Source of the DNA: Octopus vulgaris
Taxonomy: Eukaryota
Length of the DNA: 64,000 bases
Reading direction: 5' to 3'
Assembly (NCBI GenBank): GCA_951406725.2
Contig: OX597814.1
Location: 152,148,001 to 152,212,000, forward strand
Made by a program: the position numbers and the translations under genes
Notes under the pieces: generated by a model
The model's database searches: none
Told to the model about the DNA's origin: nothing
The model's input: the letters and a program-made list of their open reading frames with translations, nothing else
Shown: positions 1 to 14,120 of the stretch, in pieces
How positions within the stretch are numbered: the stretch's first letter is position 1
How the letters are laid out: every line of letters begins with the position of its first letter

Positions 1-192
1 TCCCGGTTTCTGTGGAGTATGTGTTCCTCCCAGCTGGACGGGACGCCAGTCCATCGCAGCGTTACTAAAGAAACAGGAAGAGAGAGTGAAAGAAGGTTTG
101 GGAGTACAACGGGGTCCCCCCGCCGCACCCTCGTGGAGCTTTAGGTGTTTTCGTCAATAACACACACAAACCCGGTCCTCCGACCGCGAGAG
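1..192 (-). mobile_element. tRNA-derived SINE fragment
   Basis: The minus strand reads ctgcgatggactggcgtcccgtccagctggg, resembling V-SINE-type central domains. A degenerate tRNA-like head lies near 170-192. Confidence 0.5.
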
Positions 193-194
193 CA

Positions 195-198
<4 letters not shown>

Positions 199-274
<76 letters not shown>
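199..274. repeat. (TA)n microsatellite
   Basis: Direct reading. Confidence 0.95.
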
Positions 275-276
<2 letters not shown>

Positions 277-2311
277 CAAAATAGAATATTACCCTTTAAA
301 TTACCCTATTTCTAGCATGTCAAAATTACCTGTTAAAGGGTGATTAAAAAAGTGTTGTCTATTGACTTTTTATACCTGCTGGGCCACTGGTGGTGATACT
401 TATAACGAGTATTCGCCACCCTATATATATATATATGTATAGCCAACGAAAGAACAGTTTGACAGCTATTAGGGGAGCCTCTGCGTAGTGGCCCGACTTG
501 CTAGACACACCATCCAGATCTTCCTGAAATCTCACTCTACAATTTATGAGTACCGAGGCGCTGTATTTGATAAAGAAACAGTAAGACGGGATGATCGCGG
601 TGATATTTTACCATAGAGTTACTCGATTATCTTCATCTTGACTACACAACAACAATAGCTATAGATATAAACACATGCAGTGACATCATAGTCACCATAC
701 ATGAACACAGGGATAAATACAATACCATCATTGATGCTTACCATAGTCATAGACATCATTTTGCTTAAAAATCAACAGGGAGATTCTATTTGACTGCTAG
801 AAATAACAGTTAAATCCTCTACCACGCTGCATTTTCTTAACAAAACTCAAATTGAATTATGTATTTGGGGCTACAATAAACATAAAGAATAGTGGGAATG
901 ATCAGAGCTCTAATGCCTTTGATCATGGAATTTTCAGATCGGGATCTAGATAGAATTAAATATCCACCCCTTTTGCAACAAGGAAATATAGCTGGATAAC
1001 ATTAGATGAGGTATTATTAGTATTATAACCATTACTGGAACAGAAAAGAAAAATTCATCAGAAGAGCCTTTTATAACCAAAATGATCAGCAAAATTAGAA
1101 AGATTTGAAAGCAAAAGTGACAATATCTTCACAGAATATTGAACATATCCTGACTAATTTCATCAAAGGGAACAGCCGAAAACGATTTGTGTTATTATAA
1201 TAAAATGTCAGTTTATGAGCAGAGCTCTCTACCGAATAGTAGAATGAGTAATATTATATCTCCTCGGAACGGTGAATGACGAAATTGGTAGATACCTTGT
1301 GGTAACTGTTAGTTGCTTCACTTTATATTCAAAATTCGAATCACGCTGAGGTGAACAATGTCTTTCATCCTTTCTCGCTCGATAAACTAAATACCAGCGG
1401 AGTACTGGGCTCGATATGATCGATTGTTTCCCCTCCCGTAAAATGTATAGCCGTCTACCTGACTCAGCAATCAATAATTAATTCTCTCATCTGTGTGAGA
1501 GAGAACATCTATGTGGTCGAAATACCCGCAGTAAAGAGGAACCAAATCTTTATCTATCTCTCTCTCTCACACCCTCTCTCCCTTTTCTCTCTCTTTCTCT
1601 TTCTCTCTCTCTTTCTATTTATCAATCTATCTATATATTTCTCATATCTCATATCATTGCATTAGATAAATAAATAAAAAGGAAGGACATATTGGATAAT
1701 GCAATTTCATATACACTGTCTCTTAATATAAAAAATATGGGACGCTCATGGTTGGAACGCCTTTGATCGTAGGTTTGTTTAGTGAGAGCCAACTCGGACT
1801 AATCTATTACAATAACTCAAAGAAACATCAATGGTAGTAACATTAATATACATAAATTGCCTATTGTGTGTGCAACTGCTTCTGTAGTCATAGAACCAAA
1901 ACTAGCTAGTTTATAAGGGAAGAGGAAAATGCATCCAACCATACCAAAATAGCAAATCAGGATCATAAAAGAAGAATGGATCGATAAAAAACAAAACAAC
2001 AAAAAAGCGAAAAAAAATATGCGTTGCCGATAAAATCAGAAGCCGTGTCTGGTTTCACAAGTTGCGAGGTTAACTAGAAACTGGCAACAGTAAAACAGGA
2101 ATGTCGAGATCAGAGTAAAAATATTTTAATATCGATAGCCAAAATAATTTAATCTGAGCAGCGAGTCAACAGCAACAGCAACGCAGAAAGTATGTAATTA
2201 TAAAGGGATTTGATGTGTGGGTTTGTTCTGTGGGAAAACTTTTACGAGAGTTTTCAAGGTTAAGTTAAACCCGGCAACAGCAGCAGCAATCATCTTTGTC
2301 GTCGCTGAAAT

Positions 2312-2322
2312 CATCGTCGTCG

Positions 2323-2353
<31 letters not shown>

Positions 2354-2400
2354 AATTATCATCACCATCATCGTCATCGTCATCGTCATCATCATCTACA
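2312..2400. repeat. (CAT)n/(CGT)n trinucleotide repeat
   Basis: Direct reading. It explains the poly-I and poly-M ORFs. Confidence 0.95.
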
Positions 2401-2615
2401 ACAACCGAAGCAGAAGTACATCATATTACATTCAATTTGTATTTGCATCAGGCATGATGACAAATACGTCAAATCTTCCGTCCTGTCATCAGTGTCTTGA
2501 GTCGGTCTCCACACCATTGCCCAGCAACAGGGTATTGAGGATTCTTTTGGAAGGAGTCCGCCATAGTAAATCAAGAATATCGTTATCAAAATTAATATTA
2601 ATAGTAATTTTATTG

Positions 2616-3008
2616 AAGACGGCGAACTATCAGGATCGTTAACAGGCTGGGTAAAATGCTTTGCGGTATTCCGTCTGCCGATACGTTCTGAGTTCAAATT
2701 CCGCCGAGGTCGACTTTGCCTTTCATCCTTTCAGGGTCGATAAATTAAGTACCAGTTACGAACTGGGATCGATATAATCGCCTTGATCCGTTTGTCTGTC
2801 CTTGTTTGTCCCTTCTGTGTTTAGCCCCTTGTGGGTAGTAAAGAAATAGGTCTTTCGTCTTTTCGTTCTGAGTTCAAATTCCTCCGAGATCGACTTTGCT
2901 TTTCGTCCCTTTCGGGGTTAATAAATTAAGCACCAGTTACGCACTGGGATAGATGTAATCGACTTATCCCTGAACTTGCTCGCCTTGCGCCAAAATTTGA
3001 AACCAATA
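2616..3008 (+). mobile_element. SINE family A (dimeric copy)
   Basis: Head aaggcggcgagctggcag-like, B-box-like gagttcaaattcc, conserved gtcgactttgcctttcatcctttcggggtcgataaattaagtaccag. More than 15 copies occur in the window. Confidence 0.85.
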
Positions 3009-3454
3009 GTGATTTATGACAGAAATTTTGCTGTAGGTGGAGTCAATTATTTATAGCAGCGAATCAGCAACAACTCTAGAATTTGACTTACATTTTATTT
3101 TATCGACCTCAGAACGTGGAGGGTAAAACTATTTTAAGTAGTGAGCTGCCAACCCGAAAGTTAGAGACTTATCCCACATAATAAAATTTCAAATCGAATC
3201 CACCAATACCATCATCACCGCCACCCAAGTCCACCATCACAACCCCCAAATCTACCACTATAACAACAGCTACCAAATCGCTCATCACCACAACTACTAA
3301 ATCCTCCGCCATCTCACCAAATAACCCATCTGATCAATCACACCCGCCTTATCCACCCTCCTCAACACCACGGCACCAAATCCACCACCAGCACCACACT
3401 ACCACTACCACCGCAACTACTGCCCAATACACATTTACTGAAGAAACAGCTATA

Positions 3455-3697
3455 AACGGGGAGCGAGCGATTCAATGAGTGACTCTATATGTTGCCGTTC
3501 GAACTGCTAGAAACAGCAGCCAAATTTCCGTCAAATTTTCACATACTACCGCCCTCGAAAATGAAGGACATTGTGTAATGTAGCGCTCATTACAACGTAT
3601 GTGAAAAAGACGGTATGGTGATTGCTGAAACGCTTTTGATCGTGGATATGATTGATAAGGAGTGTCATGGGACCAAAGAACAAAACAAATAACAACT
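3455..3697 (+). mobile_element. Old dispersed repeat family D (SINE-like 3' part with (AAC)n tail)
   Basis: Consensus ctgctagaaatagcagccaaat...ggataatgtag...atggtcatggctggaatgcctttgatc...aacaac. Diverged copies lie near 470, 780, 1500, 11550, 13290, 14145, 27630, 40150 and 47990, and in reverse near 13010, 53460, 56100, 60660 and 63710. Confidence 0.65.
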
Positions 3698-4800
3698 ATA
3701 AAGAATTTATGGCAGAAAAGATTGCCACGAAATAGATGAGTACCGCCATTTTGATACTCGACATATATTTCATACACGCACGCACCCCCCCACACACACA
3801 TACACACACAAATATATATACACATACTCTCAAAAAACATACAATGCATATATGTGTGTGCGCGAGCACACGTGTGTGTAACAGCATGAGCAGGAATGTA
3901 GAATATCATATTTTTATATAATGATTATACCATTCAGAGTGATGATCGTTTCAACTGTACTAGTAAATTGAGGTATACAAAAAGGTATATAATACCAGTC
4001 AATCATTAACTATGATATAAAGTCGTCCATAATTAGTTACGCTCTGTCGTACAATACTGGCATTTGCCTACAGGAAATGGATTATATGATTACTTGAAAA
4101 TTAAAATTATTAAATTCTAGAACCAGTCTTACGTCGAAATGTTTCCATAAATATATAAAAACATTTAAATATTTCAATAGCAAATAACACCTCCATTATA
4201 ATTGTTTTTCCTATAATCTAATGAGCATAATTTTTCAATTTTTTTTAACATACAAAAATAGCTAGATAACAAAATGTCATGGCGTAGATATTTTATGCTT
4301 ATTTTTTAATTTTCGTTACCTACTGATGCCATCATAAGTTTAATAGTAAACTGGTTTTTCTCAAAAGATATTTCTTCTTGTATACGTTCAAGTATCGTAG
4401 ATATCATTTTAGTTTGCTTTGGATTTAACCTATTTTGGATTACCTTGATAACATTGTGTTAGCATAAATTTTCGGATATATTCATTTGGCTGTTATTTTG
4501 TACCGTTTTTCTGTATCTAAATATGCTGGCACAATAGAAACGATCCCCAGTACTGGATAGTGTAATCATGAAATAAAGATGTGATGTTATCCATTCTTGT
4601 TCATGTTATTTACTCTGGGTTTCTTGAAATTTTTCTAAGCGATATTTGGATTTACTTATCATGCACGAGGAATTAGCTCAGATATTAATTCTATTTAAAT
4701 TTATTGGTATCCGGTTGTTTGATGTAGTTCACCAAATTCGCTTAACCAACGAGTACTTTCTAGATATCTACCTGGATTTATTAATCCCCTTTACCTCTCA

Positions 4801-4845
<45 letters not shown>

Positions 4846-4944
4846 TTAAACATGCATATATTCATACATGCATACATACACACATATATATATGTGTGTG
4901 TGTATAGATATGTATATATATACAACCATACATTCGTATGTATA

Positions 4945-4980
<36 letters not shown>

Positions 4981-5015
4981 TGTATGTATTTATATACACA
5001 CACACACACACACAA

Positions 5016-5081
<66 letters not shown>

Positions 5082-5089
5082 ATATATAT

Positions 5090-5708
5090 ATGGGTAACAT
5101 CTCCAGAATTGAGTCACCCCAGAGGGCACTCACTAAACAAATTGAAGGCATGGCTGCTCTCGATTATTGGGATCGCCTTAAAGCCTTGAAACTTTACTCC
5201 CTCCAGCGTCGGCGTGAGCGGTACATCATTTGTACGATGTGGAAAATATACCGCCAACTTTGCCCAAACGACCTAAACATTAGCTTCAAGGTTCATCCAA
5301 GACTTGGACCACGGGCTATACTTCCCCTGCCCAATTCAAGATCACAACATACATGTACACTGCAACATAATTTCTTTTCCTCAACAGGCCCTGCCCTATT
5401 TAACATTGTCCCGAGGGAGATCGAAGAGGAAAAGGATCCCATCAACTTTAAACAGAGTCTGGATAGATTCCTTCAAAGAATACCAGATAAGCCACCCATA
5501 ATTGGATACAACTCACCTAACAAGAACTCACTGCTTGAACAAAACTGGATACAACTCACCCAACAAGAACTCACTACTTGAACAAAACTTGACTCAAACA
5601 AAACTTGACTTAAACAGGATTCGCATAATCCTATCAGGTGGTGCTATTAAGTTAGACATGGCCTGGACCAATCTTTGATCGAAACATATCTAAGTTTATC
5701 TAAGTTTA
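5090..5708 (+). mobile_element. 5'-truncated CR1-group LINE (ORF2 C-terminus plus 3' UTR)
   Basis: [62 protein letters not shown] is a typical CR1/L2-group post-RT C-terminus. The element ends in tandem atctaagttt. Confidence 0.85.
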
Positions 5709-5742
5709 TATATATATATACAACCATACATACGTATATGTG

Positions 5743-5778
<36 letters not shown>

Positions 5779-6929
5779 TGTATCTGAGTATATATATATA
5801 TACACACACACACACAAACATACATATATACATGCATGCAAGCATAAAGACACACGCACACGCATATGCTTTGACGTATATGTTGGATAAAATACTGATT
5901 AGTGACACGTATGCAGCGACTCCCATAAATTTGGTTTTGCTTAAAAACGAAAGCATGTAATCATGATTGTGATAACTTTTATATTCATATCTTTGTTTAT
6001 AACAAACGACTTTGGATATTAACAGTGTTACTAGAAGATTTTTTATTACATAGGCTTTAGATATATATAGAATAGTGTAAAATTCCTTCCCAAAGAAAAA
6101 AATATATAAACTGGAATGGATTCGATACAGCTTTAATCGCACAATAACCTTGTCGTAGTTTTGCATTATGTTTTAGTTCATGCGTCAGATCATATAACGA
6201 TTAGTGATACCAGTGAGTTATTTTGATTATGGCCAACTCGTCAGGTTGTTCAATAATCTTGGTAATAACGGCCGGACTAATTCTTCATAGAAATTCTTGA
6301 CAGGAGCCGTTGTTATATTATTGATATTCCTGAAAAAATTGTTAAATCGCTTAAGTCTTTATGGGAAGTTCTGCAGAAGAGTTGTCTTGATGTATGGGAA
6401 TTTAACCTGGCTTAATGATTTTAAGACGTTCTTCAAAGTCTATTTTTGAGAAGCATGGCATCTTCTTGTATATTTTTTTTCTTATTCAAAATTTATTGGA
6501 TGCATGCGGACCATATAGGAATTATTTGGTGGTCAGTCTGAATGATCTATGGAATCTGTAATGACACTAGTAAAAGAAAAAATGAAAAAAAAAAGCAAGA
6601 GGAGGAAATGGAAGACATTTTGATATTTTCATAAATAAGTTTTATACAAATAAAATGCGAAAGTTTCAGTATTTCTGATTGGAAGCAGCTATCGTTGTCC
6701 TTTAACTTACAAATATATAATATAAAATTATAAAAGAAAAGGTAAACATTTACATTTATATATATTTTATATATATTTATATATATCTTACTTTTGAAAA
6801 ACTTTTTCTTAAAAAGTGAAACCGGTCAAGTGAATAAACCTTTTTAAAATTGCATTTTCAAACCTTCTTTCATATATATTTCCACTCATGCAGTACCTCA
6901 CAATTTCACTTTGTTTTATATATATATAT

Positions 6930-7024
<95 letters not shown>

Positions 7025-7030
7025 TAGATA
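6930..7030. repeat. (GATA)n microsatellite
   Basis: Direct reading. Confidence 0.95.
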
Positions 7031-7034
7031 TATA

Positions 7035-8308
7035 TGAGGTCATCCCATAAGTTTAGTCCGATTTTACCTTTTTTTTAAAATTGAATGAAATTTAATAGTA
7101 TTTTAGAATGTCTAATGAAATAAAAAATTATTTTTATGTATTTGTGTACATTTAAACTAATTAAATATTATTTTACAGAATAATAGAATCAACATTTCTT
7201 TGATTAAAACCCTTTCTAGCATATAAGTATCCAAAGAGTATTTGAGGCACATAATGCTTTATGAGTAAAAAAAAGGAAACTCTGCAGCGGAAGCGACTCG
7301 AAACACACTCAGTTTATGGGAAAGAATGCTTGAACGAAAGAACTTGCAGAAGATGGTTTGCAAAATTCAGAAGTGGAGATTTCAGCCTTGAAGATGAAGA
7401 TCGAACAGGACGTCCAGTTGAGTTTGATGATAAGCTCCTTGGGGCATTACTTGAAGAAAATCCTGCATTATCAGTTGAAGAATTGACAATAAAGCTTAGT
7501 TCAAACTACACAACAGTTCATCGTCATCTTCAATAACTTGGAAAGGTTCCTAAACTTCAAAAATGAATTGTCCGAAAGCAACCGCAAATCCCGAGTTGAC
7601 ATCTGCTCTTCTCTCCATTCTCGCGAACTCATTTCACCCGTTTTGGATAGACTTGTGACTGGTGACGAAAAATGGATCTTCTATCGATATGTTGTAAACA
7701 GTGGCATGGTAAAAGAGAAAAAGCTCAACTACAACCGAGAAGGGAACTTCATGGAAAAAAGGTTCTTCTCTCTATCTGGTGGCATTGCAAAGGAGTAATT
7801 CACTTTGAATAGTTATCACCTAATGCAACAATCAATGCTCAAGTCTGCTACCGTCAGCCGTTAGAGCCTTTGAACCAAGCTCTGAATAAAAAAAGACCCG
7901 CTTTAGTGAATCGAAAAGGAGTGATGCTTCATCAGGATAATGCGCGACCCCACACTGCGAAGATCACATGACAGGAGATCGAAGAGCTTGGTTGGGGAAA
8001 AACTTCCTTATCCATCTTTTTCTCCCGACCTTGCTCCTTCAGACTGCCATTTGTTTCGTAGTTTACAGAATAATTTGCGGGACATAACAACCGCAAACCA
8101 GGAGGAGGTCGAAACTGACATTTCAGAGTTCTTCGCTTTGAAACCAAAAGAGTTTTACATGGATGGGATTAAAAAGCTTGTAAATAGATGGAAGGAAGTC
8201 ATAGATAATCAGGGAAAGTACATTGATGATTAAATTTTAATTAAATATAACATTTGATCACTTGTTTTCTTTATTCAAAATTCGAACAGAACTTGTGGGA
8301 TGACCTGA
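7035..8308 (+). mobile_element. Full-length, inactivated mariner transposon (DD34D)
   Basis: Imperfect TIRs tgaggtcatcccataagttt and aacttgtgggatgacctga, each flanked by TA. Transposase motifs RRWFAKFRSGDFSLED, VTGDEKWIFY, HQDNARPH and SPDLAPSD, with 34-aa D-D spacing after frameshift repair. Several stops and frameshifts. Confidence 0.95.
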
Positions 8309-9601
8309 TATATATATATATATATAGCAGTCACCACCATTCTAAGTTCAGTTAAATTTTGGGGATCTTCTTTAGCTCACAAGATAACCAAGAATTAACC
8401 CACAGAAAACTTAATAAAGAGACCTTGTATATACGTAGTGATTCTACGTCCCATTACATACGAACGAAATTTACACATCTTCCAAAGCCAGTCTGCTTTC
8501 TTCAGAACTTGGATCTGTCTTATTTTTCAACACTGTAGAATATGTACGATCATATCTGCTTTTATGTAAAGGAAATCTTGAGTAAAGCAAACCAATATCC
8601 ATGTTCGATCCCAGTGTGTGTAGTACCTTGGGAAAGCGTCATTTTTATAGTCTTAGGTCGACCAATAAGTTGCGATGGAAATTGTATAGAAGACTGTTGG
8701 TTGGATTGTAACTAAAATTCGAAGTGTAGAGTTTTGCCAGACACTATGCTACGCTCATTCCGCTTGAAAATTATGTTAATGGAAACAGCGTCAGTGAAAT
8801 GCTCAGTTTCTTACGCGTTAATTCTGGAGCAGATAATACAGTTGATCGAGCATTTGAATATTTATTATCAACCTGACAGATAGTCGCCACCACTACTATC
8901 ACCATGTATATGTAAGCTTGCGTGTATATATTCCCTTAAGAGTTGGGAGAATGTGATTTAAGAGATTTGGCTGCTATTTTCAGTATTTCGGACGACAGTG
9001 GAGCAATTCTCTCATTGGCGGCCTGCCAGATAGTGGGTTTTAATTATTCCTGTCATGCAAAATACGACCGTTAGCTCTTTCATTCTGTCGTTTTACACGG
9101 CACTCAGGGGCAACTATAAACTTTATTTTAAATGCAGTGTTTAAGAATGAAATGATAACTAACCCTGATTGACATGAATTCTGTACTCACTAAGTAACCT
9201 TTGTACAGCGAATATAGCCAGATGTGATTTAACATTTCAGGCAAGTAGAAATATTGATCTTCTTAGTGTATAAACGGAGATTAACCTGTTCTTCGCTTGA
9301 TGGATTAAATGAGTGCTAACTGAAAGACATAGATTAAAATCTAACAACTGAATTCAGCAACGTATTTTATGCTTTTCAGATTTATCTGACAAATTCTTTA
9401 TTGCATGAGTTCAGCCATAAGATATAGAATTTCTATCATATCTATGTGGCCTAATAGTTAGAGTGTTGTATTAACAATTATAACGTCGTAATTTCGATTC
9501 CTGGACCGGGAAAAAGTGTTGTATCCTAGAGCATGGCGCTTCCTACTACTCCAATTTACACAGCTGGAAAGCAGCACCAACCTAGAGATGGAACTTGTGC
9601 A

Positions 9602-9645
<44 letters not shown>

Positions 9646-10448
9646 TTGCAGTCATTTTTTGGTATTCCCTGAGTCAACGGGCGGAAGTTACCGAGAGGGT
9701 GTATATGTGTGCTAGCGACTATATAGGCACCTAAAACAATTAGCGAAAGCAATTTACGTTCCAATATGTCACACTCGCTTGCGAGCGTTAACTATTCTTC
9801 ATTTTATTCATCATATTGATGTCTGCTTATCCATCACCAAGCATAGAAAGAAATTGTTATTATTTTTCGTGCAGCATAAGTAATGAATTAGCAGAATCAT
9901 TAGAGAGTCGGAAAAAGATAGTGAAAGTATTTGTTCCGGTTCTATGCTTTGAGCTCAGATCTTACGAAGACCAACTAATCCCCTTGGTATCGATACAGTA
10001 AATTACCAATAATTTCAGAGTCGATATAATTGACTAATACCTATCCCTCTCGAATTTCCTGCCTATGAGTGGCATTAGGTGATTTAATGAATAATACCCT
10101 CTTCTCATAACATTTCAACACTATAGCTTTTAAACAAATAACTATAGATTTATCTACCTTATACATGTTTCAGGTGCTCTGATTTACGCCATGTTCTAAA
10201 TAAATATTTTCTATTTAATATCAACAAAGAGTAAGATTGCATCTCTTTTGATGAGGGATGTTATCAACACTGAAACAAATATAGAAGAGAACACCCGGTA
10301 TTTTTTTCTGCTTACTTAGAAAAAACAGAATGTTTCTTTTTTCCATGGCCTGCAATTTGCACAACTAAGGTTTTTTTTTATATTATAAACATTTCAGGCC
10401 GTTCTGATTTACACTATGTTACAAAATACACATGCACATACATAAATC

Positions 10449-10611
10449 AGGGACGGACCGAGGGTGGGGGTGGGGGGTGGAACTTAGGGGTACGTGCCTT
10501 CTACAAGAAAAGAAGTGCGTCCTTCTAAATAATATTACGCCCGTTTCTCCGGGAATTGTGTTCCCTTCTGACCTTGTGTCCTTCCTTCGAAAAATTCCTG
10601 GGACCACGCCT
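10449..10611. mobile_element. Possible degenerate PIF/Harbinger-type MITE
   Basis: The ends agggacggaccgagg and cctgggaccacgcct resemble AGGGGCGGATCCAGG-type TIRs. GC-rich island. Confidence 0.35.
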
Positions 10612-10639
10612 CTAAAAACATATGTGAATATGTACGTGT

Positions 10640-10700
<61 letters not shown>

Positions 10701-11849
10701 CGTGCGTGTAACACAGTGCAAACATATGCAAATATGTGTGTATGTATACATGTATGTTAGTCTTATTCCAGAGAGCTGTTATCAACAATTTTGTATGATG
10801 AAATAATATAGAAAAATAATACATCAGATAAGGCTTAAACAGATAGTTTCAGATTATGAACACGTAAGAAAATTATTATAAATCAATACTAGAGAAGGAA
10901 ATAAAATATCTATCTTTGACTAACGTATTGAAAGCCAAATTATATGTTTAATCCTGCTATCAAACTAACTTATTGCATCTATTGATAATTCGATCCAGGA
11001 TTCATATTTCTGGTTAATTCCTGCTATAACTATGTATTAAATTCATAAAGGCTAATTAAATAAGAACTTGATATATCAAGTCTGTGGTTATGGATACAGT
11101 TCATGACCAGCTGAACTTAGTCCTTTTCGCATATTTAAGATAATGTAACAGTTTCATACATGTAAACATTCATGACCTCTTCCCAAGGAAGATCAACTTT
11201 TGATCGGTAAAACTTTCGCTTAACTGACACAATGCTAAAAACTTATATAACGGTGTGCTATAACTTCTGCCTGTGCTATCTAAAGCCACTGCAACAGTTA
11301 CTACTGATATGCCAAACTGAGATAATTCATATCCATGTACACCCCATTCATCTACTTCTCATTCCCCTGTCATCTAGGCTGTGCTTCACCCACTTAAAAA
11401 AAAATAGAAAAAAAGAATTACATCTACTCCCCCATTTCAGAGACTGAAGTGGAAAGAATATATTCTATAATTCTACAAATTTTGTTTTTAAATGCAAAGA
11501 CACACGTATAGCTATTATCTATTTGCCCTAGACATAAGCCAATGAAGGTGCCTCTACGTGGTCACATGACCTGCGAGAAATACCAGCAAATTCCATCGAA
11601 TTAAACCCTGTCGTTTTAAAATGGGAGAGACACTTTGGATAATGTAGTTTTAAATATTTGTATCTAAAAGACGAAATGTTCGGTTATGGCTGATATGAAG
11701 CTAAACAATTTGTTTTAGAAATGTCAGTGAAGCTAGTTAGCTAAACAAAATTCAAAATGAACTATTTGAGTGGGAAGAAAAGAGAGAATCGCAGCACGGC
11801 CAGAAAATGACTTGGTAAGAATACACTGAGCATAATAATTCCAATTTAA

Positions 11850-12247
11850 AGCACTTTGGTTTAAATTTTGGTACAAGTCCAGCGAGGAGAAGGTAAGTCG
11901 ATTGTATCGATCCCCAGTACTCAACTGGTACTTATTTTATCGACCTCGAACGGATGAAAAGTAAAGTCAACCTGGGTGGAATTTGAATTCGAACGTAAAG
12001 ACAAACGAAATACCTATTTCTTTACTACCCACAAGGGGCTAAACACAGAGAGGTCAAACAAGGACAGACAAACGGATTAAGTCGATTACATCGACCCCAG
12101 TGCGTAACTGATACTTAATTTATCGACCCCGAAAGGATGAAAGGCAAGGTCGACCTCGGCAGAATTTGAATTCAGAACGTGATGGCAGACGAAATACGGC
12201 TACGCATTTCGCCCGGTGTGCTAACGTTTCTGCCAGCTCGCCGTCTT
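11850..12247 (-). mobile_element. SINE family A (dimeric)
   Basis: Reverse complement of the family A consensus. Confidence 0.85.
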
Positions 12248-13524
12248 AAACAAGTGAATAATAATGACACAAGGTTCGCATAACGATTGGCACACGGCTA
12301 CGAATTAACAACTGGTATATAGATGATTAAATCTACTATTGTACTTGATTTGTGCTTAATTTCATCGACTTGAAAATAAGGAAAGGCAAAGCAGATGTCG
12401 TTGGGATTTGAACACAGAATGTAAAAAGACGAAACTAAATGCTACATGACATTTTCTTAGATGCTCTATCGTTTTTGACAACTCCCCGTTCCTATAACTT
12501 CGAGTTATATTACTGTCAGAAAAGCATAGTAACGTCGTGCAAGCACACTGTCAAAAGAAATGGGACTTGCAAGAAAGATTAGAATTGACAGAAAGAAAAG
12601 AAAAAATCCTGATGAACGATAATACCGAGAAAATATTAATGGGACTACGATATCAAATACAGTGAGCTGCTTTAATATTGATTAAAGGAAAATAAAAACA
12701 TTAGCGATACAGAAGAATAAAGGAATAAAAGATGAAAAGATGACGAATACCAATTCCATGGAAAACTGAGGAAATAATGCTGTCATAAAGATACTAATGT
12801 AAAACAGTGAAAAGAAAGAATTATTTGGGTACTGAAGCCCGATGAATGTAATACTCAGAATCATTTTTTCTCAGTATATAATACTGATAAGTTAAATATT
12901 CTTGTCATTAAAGTGAGATAGAAGTATAATCTCAGGTTTTAAAAACTAAACCAGCCAAGAAGGGAAAGCTGAAGATCTTACTAAATGCAGTATTTACAAT
13001 CAGATCATTGTAGTTGTTTAATCTGAGCTCAACCCTGACTGGCAGTCATACCAAATAAGACATTCCAGCCATGACCTTTCCATATTTTTGTATATCTAGG
13101 ACTAAGTTGTCCAATGTGTCCTTTCTTTTTCAGGACGTTAGAGTATCGATTTCCTAGTTGATTCGTCAACAACAAGATTGGTCAGTACGGCGTTAAATCC
13201 TTGGAACCAACAAATATGTTGAGAAGATAACGATCAGCAGGGAGGAAATGTGGAACTTAGTCATCATATATGTTTAAGCAACATAATTTCAGATCTACCG
13301 ACGAAATAGTTAACACGTGGTCGCTGGAGTTGCTAGAAATTGCAGTTAAATTTCCTTTAAATAGCACATTACTGTCTTTTGAAAAGAAGGGAACATTGGA
13401 TAATGAAGTCCTAGATGCAGCGCTTCAAAAATTAAGGCATGGTTATCAGAACTGGAATCATTCTCAGTTTGGATCTTTTCTATCAAAGCTGGCCTTGAGA
13501 GGGACAAAAATTAAATATACTTAA

Positions 13525-14120
13525 AATAATCTTTTCTACTCCAGACACAATTTTGGGGAGGGGGCCAGTCGATTACATCGACTCCAGTACGCAACTGGTA
13601 TTTAATTTATCGTCCTTGAAAGGCTGAAAGACAAAGTCGACCTCGGCGGAATTTGAATTCAGAACGTAACGGAAAACGAAATACCGCTGAGAATTTCGCC
13701 CGGCGTGCTAACGTTTCTTATTTCTTTATTGCCCACAAAGGGCTAAACATAGAGAGGACAAACTAGGACAGACAAACGGATTAAGTCGATCATATCGACC
13801 ACAGTGCGTAACTGGTACTTATTTAATCGACCCCAAAAGGATGAAAGGCAAAGTCGACCTCGGCGGAATTTGAACTCAGAACGTAGCGGCAGACGAAATA
13901 CCTATTTATTTACTACCCACAAGGGGATAAACAAGGACAGACAAACGGATTAAGTCGATTATATTGACCCCAGTGCGTAAATGGTACTTATTTAATCGAC
14001 CCCGAAAGGATGAAAGGCAAAGTCGACCTCGGCGGAATTTGAACTCAGAACGTAACGGCAGACGAAATACTGCTAAGCGTTTCGCCCGGCCTGCTAACGT
14101 TTCTGCCAGCTAACCACCTT
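13525..14120 (-). mobile_element. SINE family A multimer (three body units)
   Basis: The unit gaaaggatgaaaggcaaagtcgacctcggcggaatttgaactcagaacgt is repeated, and the head lies at about 14110. Confidence 0.9.

Noticed and set aside
3930-4795. Possible very old RT remnant (minus-strand MDDF), with similar-looking sequence at 5950-6550
   Set aside because: It is too degenerate to assign without a profile search.
9185-9325. Minus-strand exon candidate with good splice sites
   Set aside because: All three frames contain stop codons.
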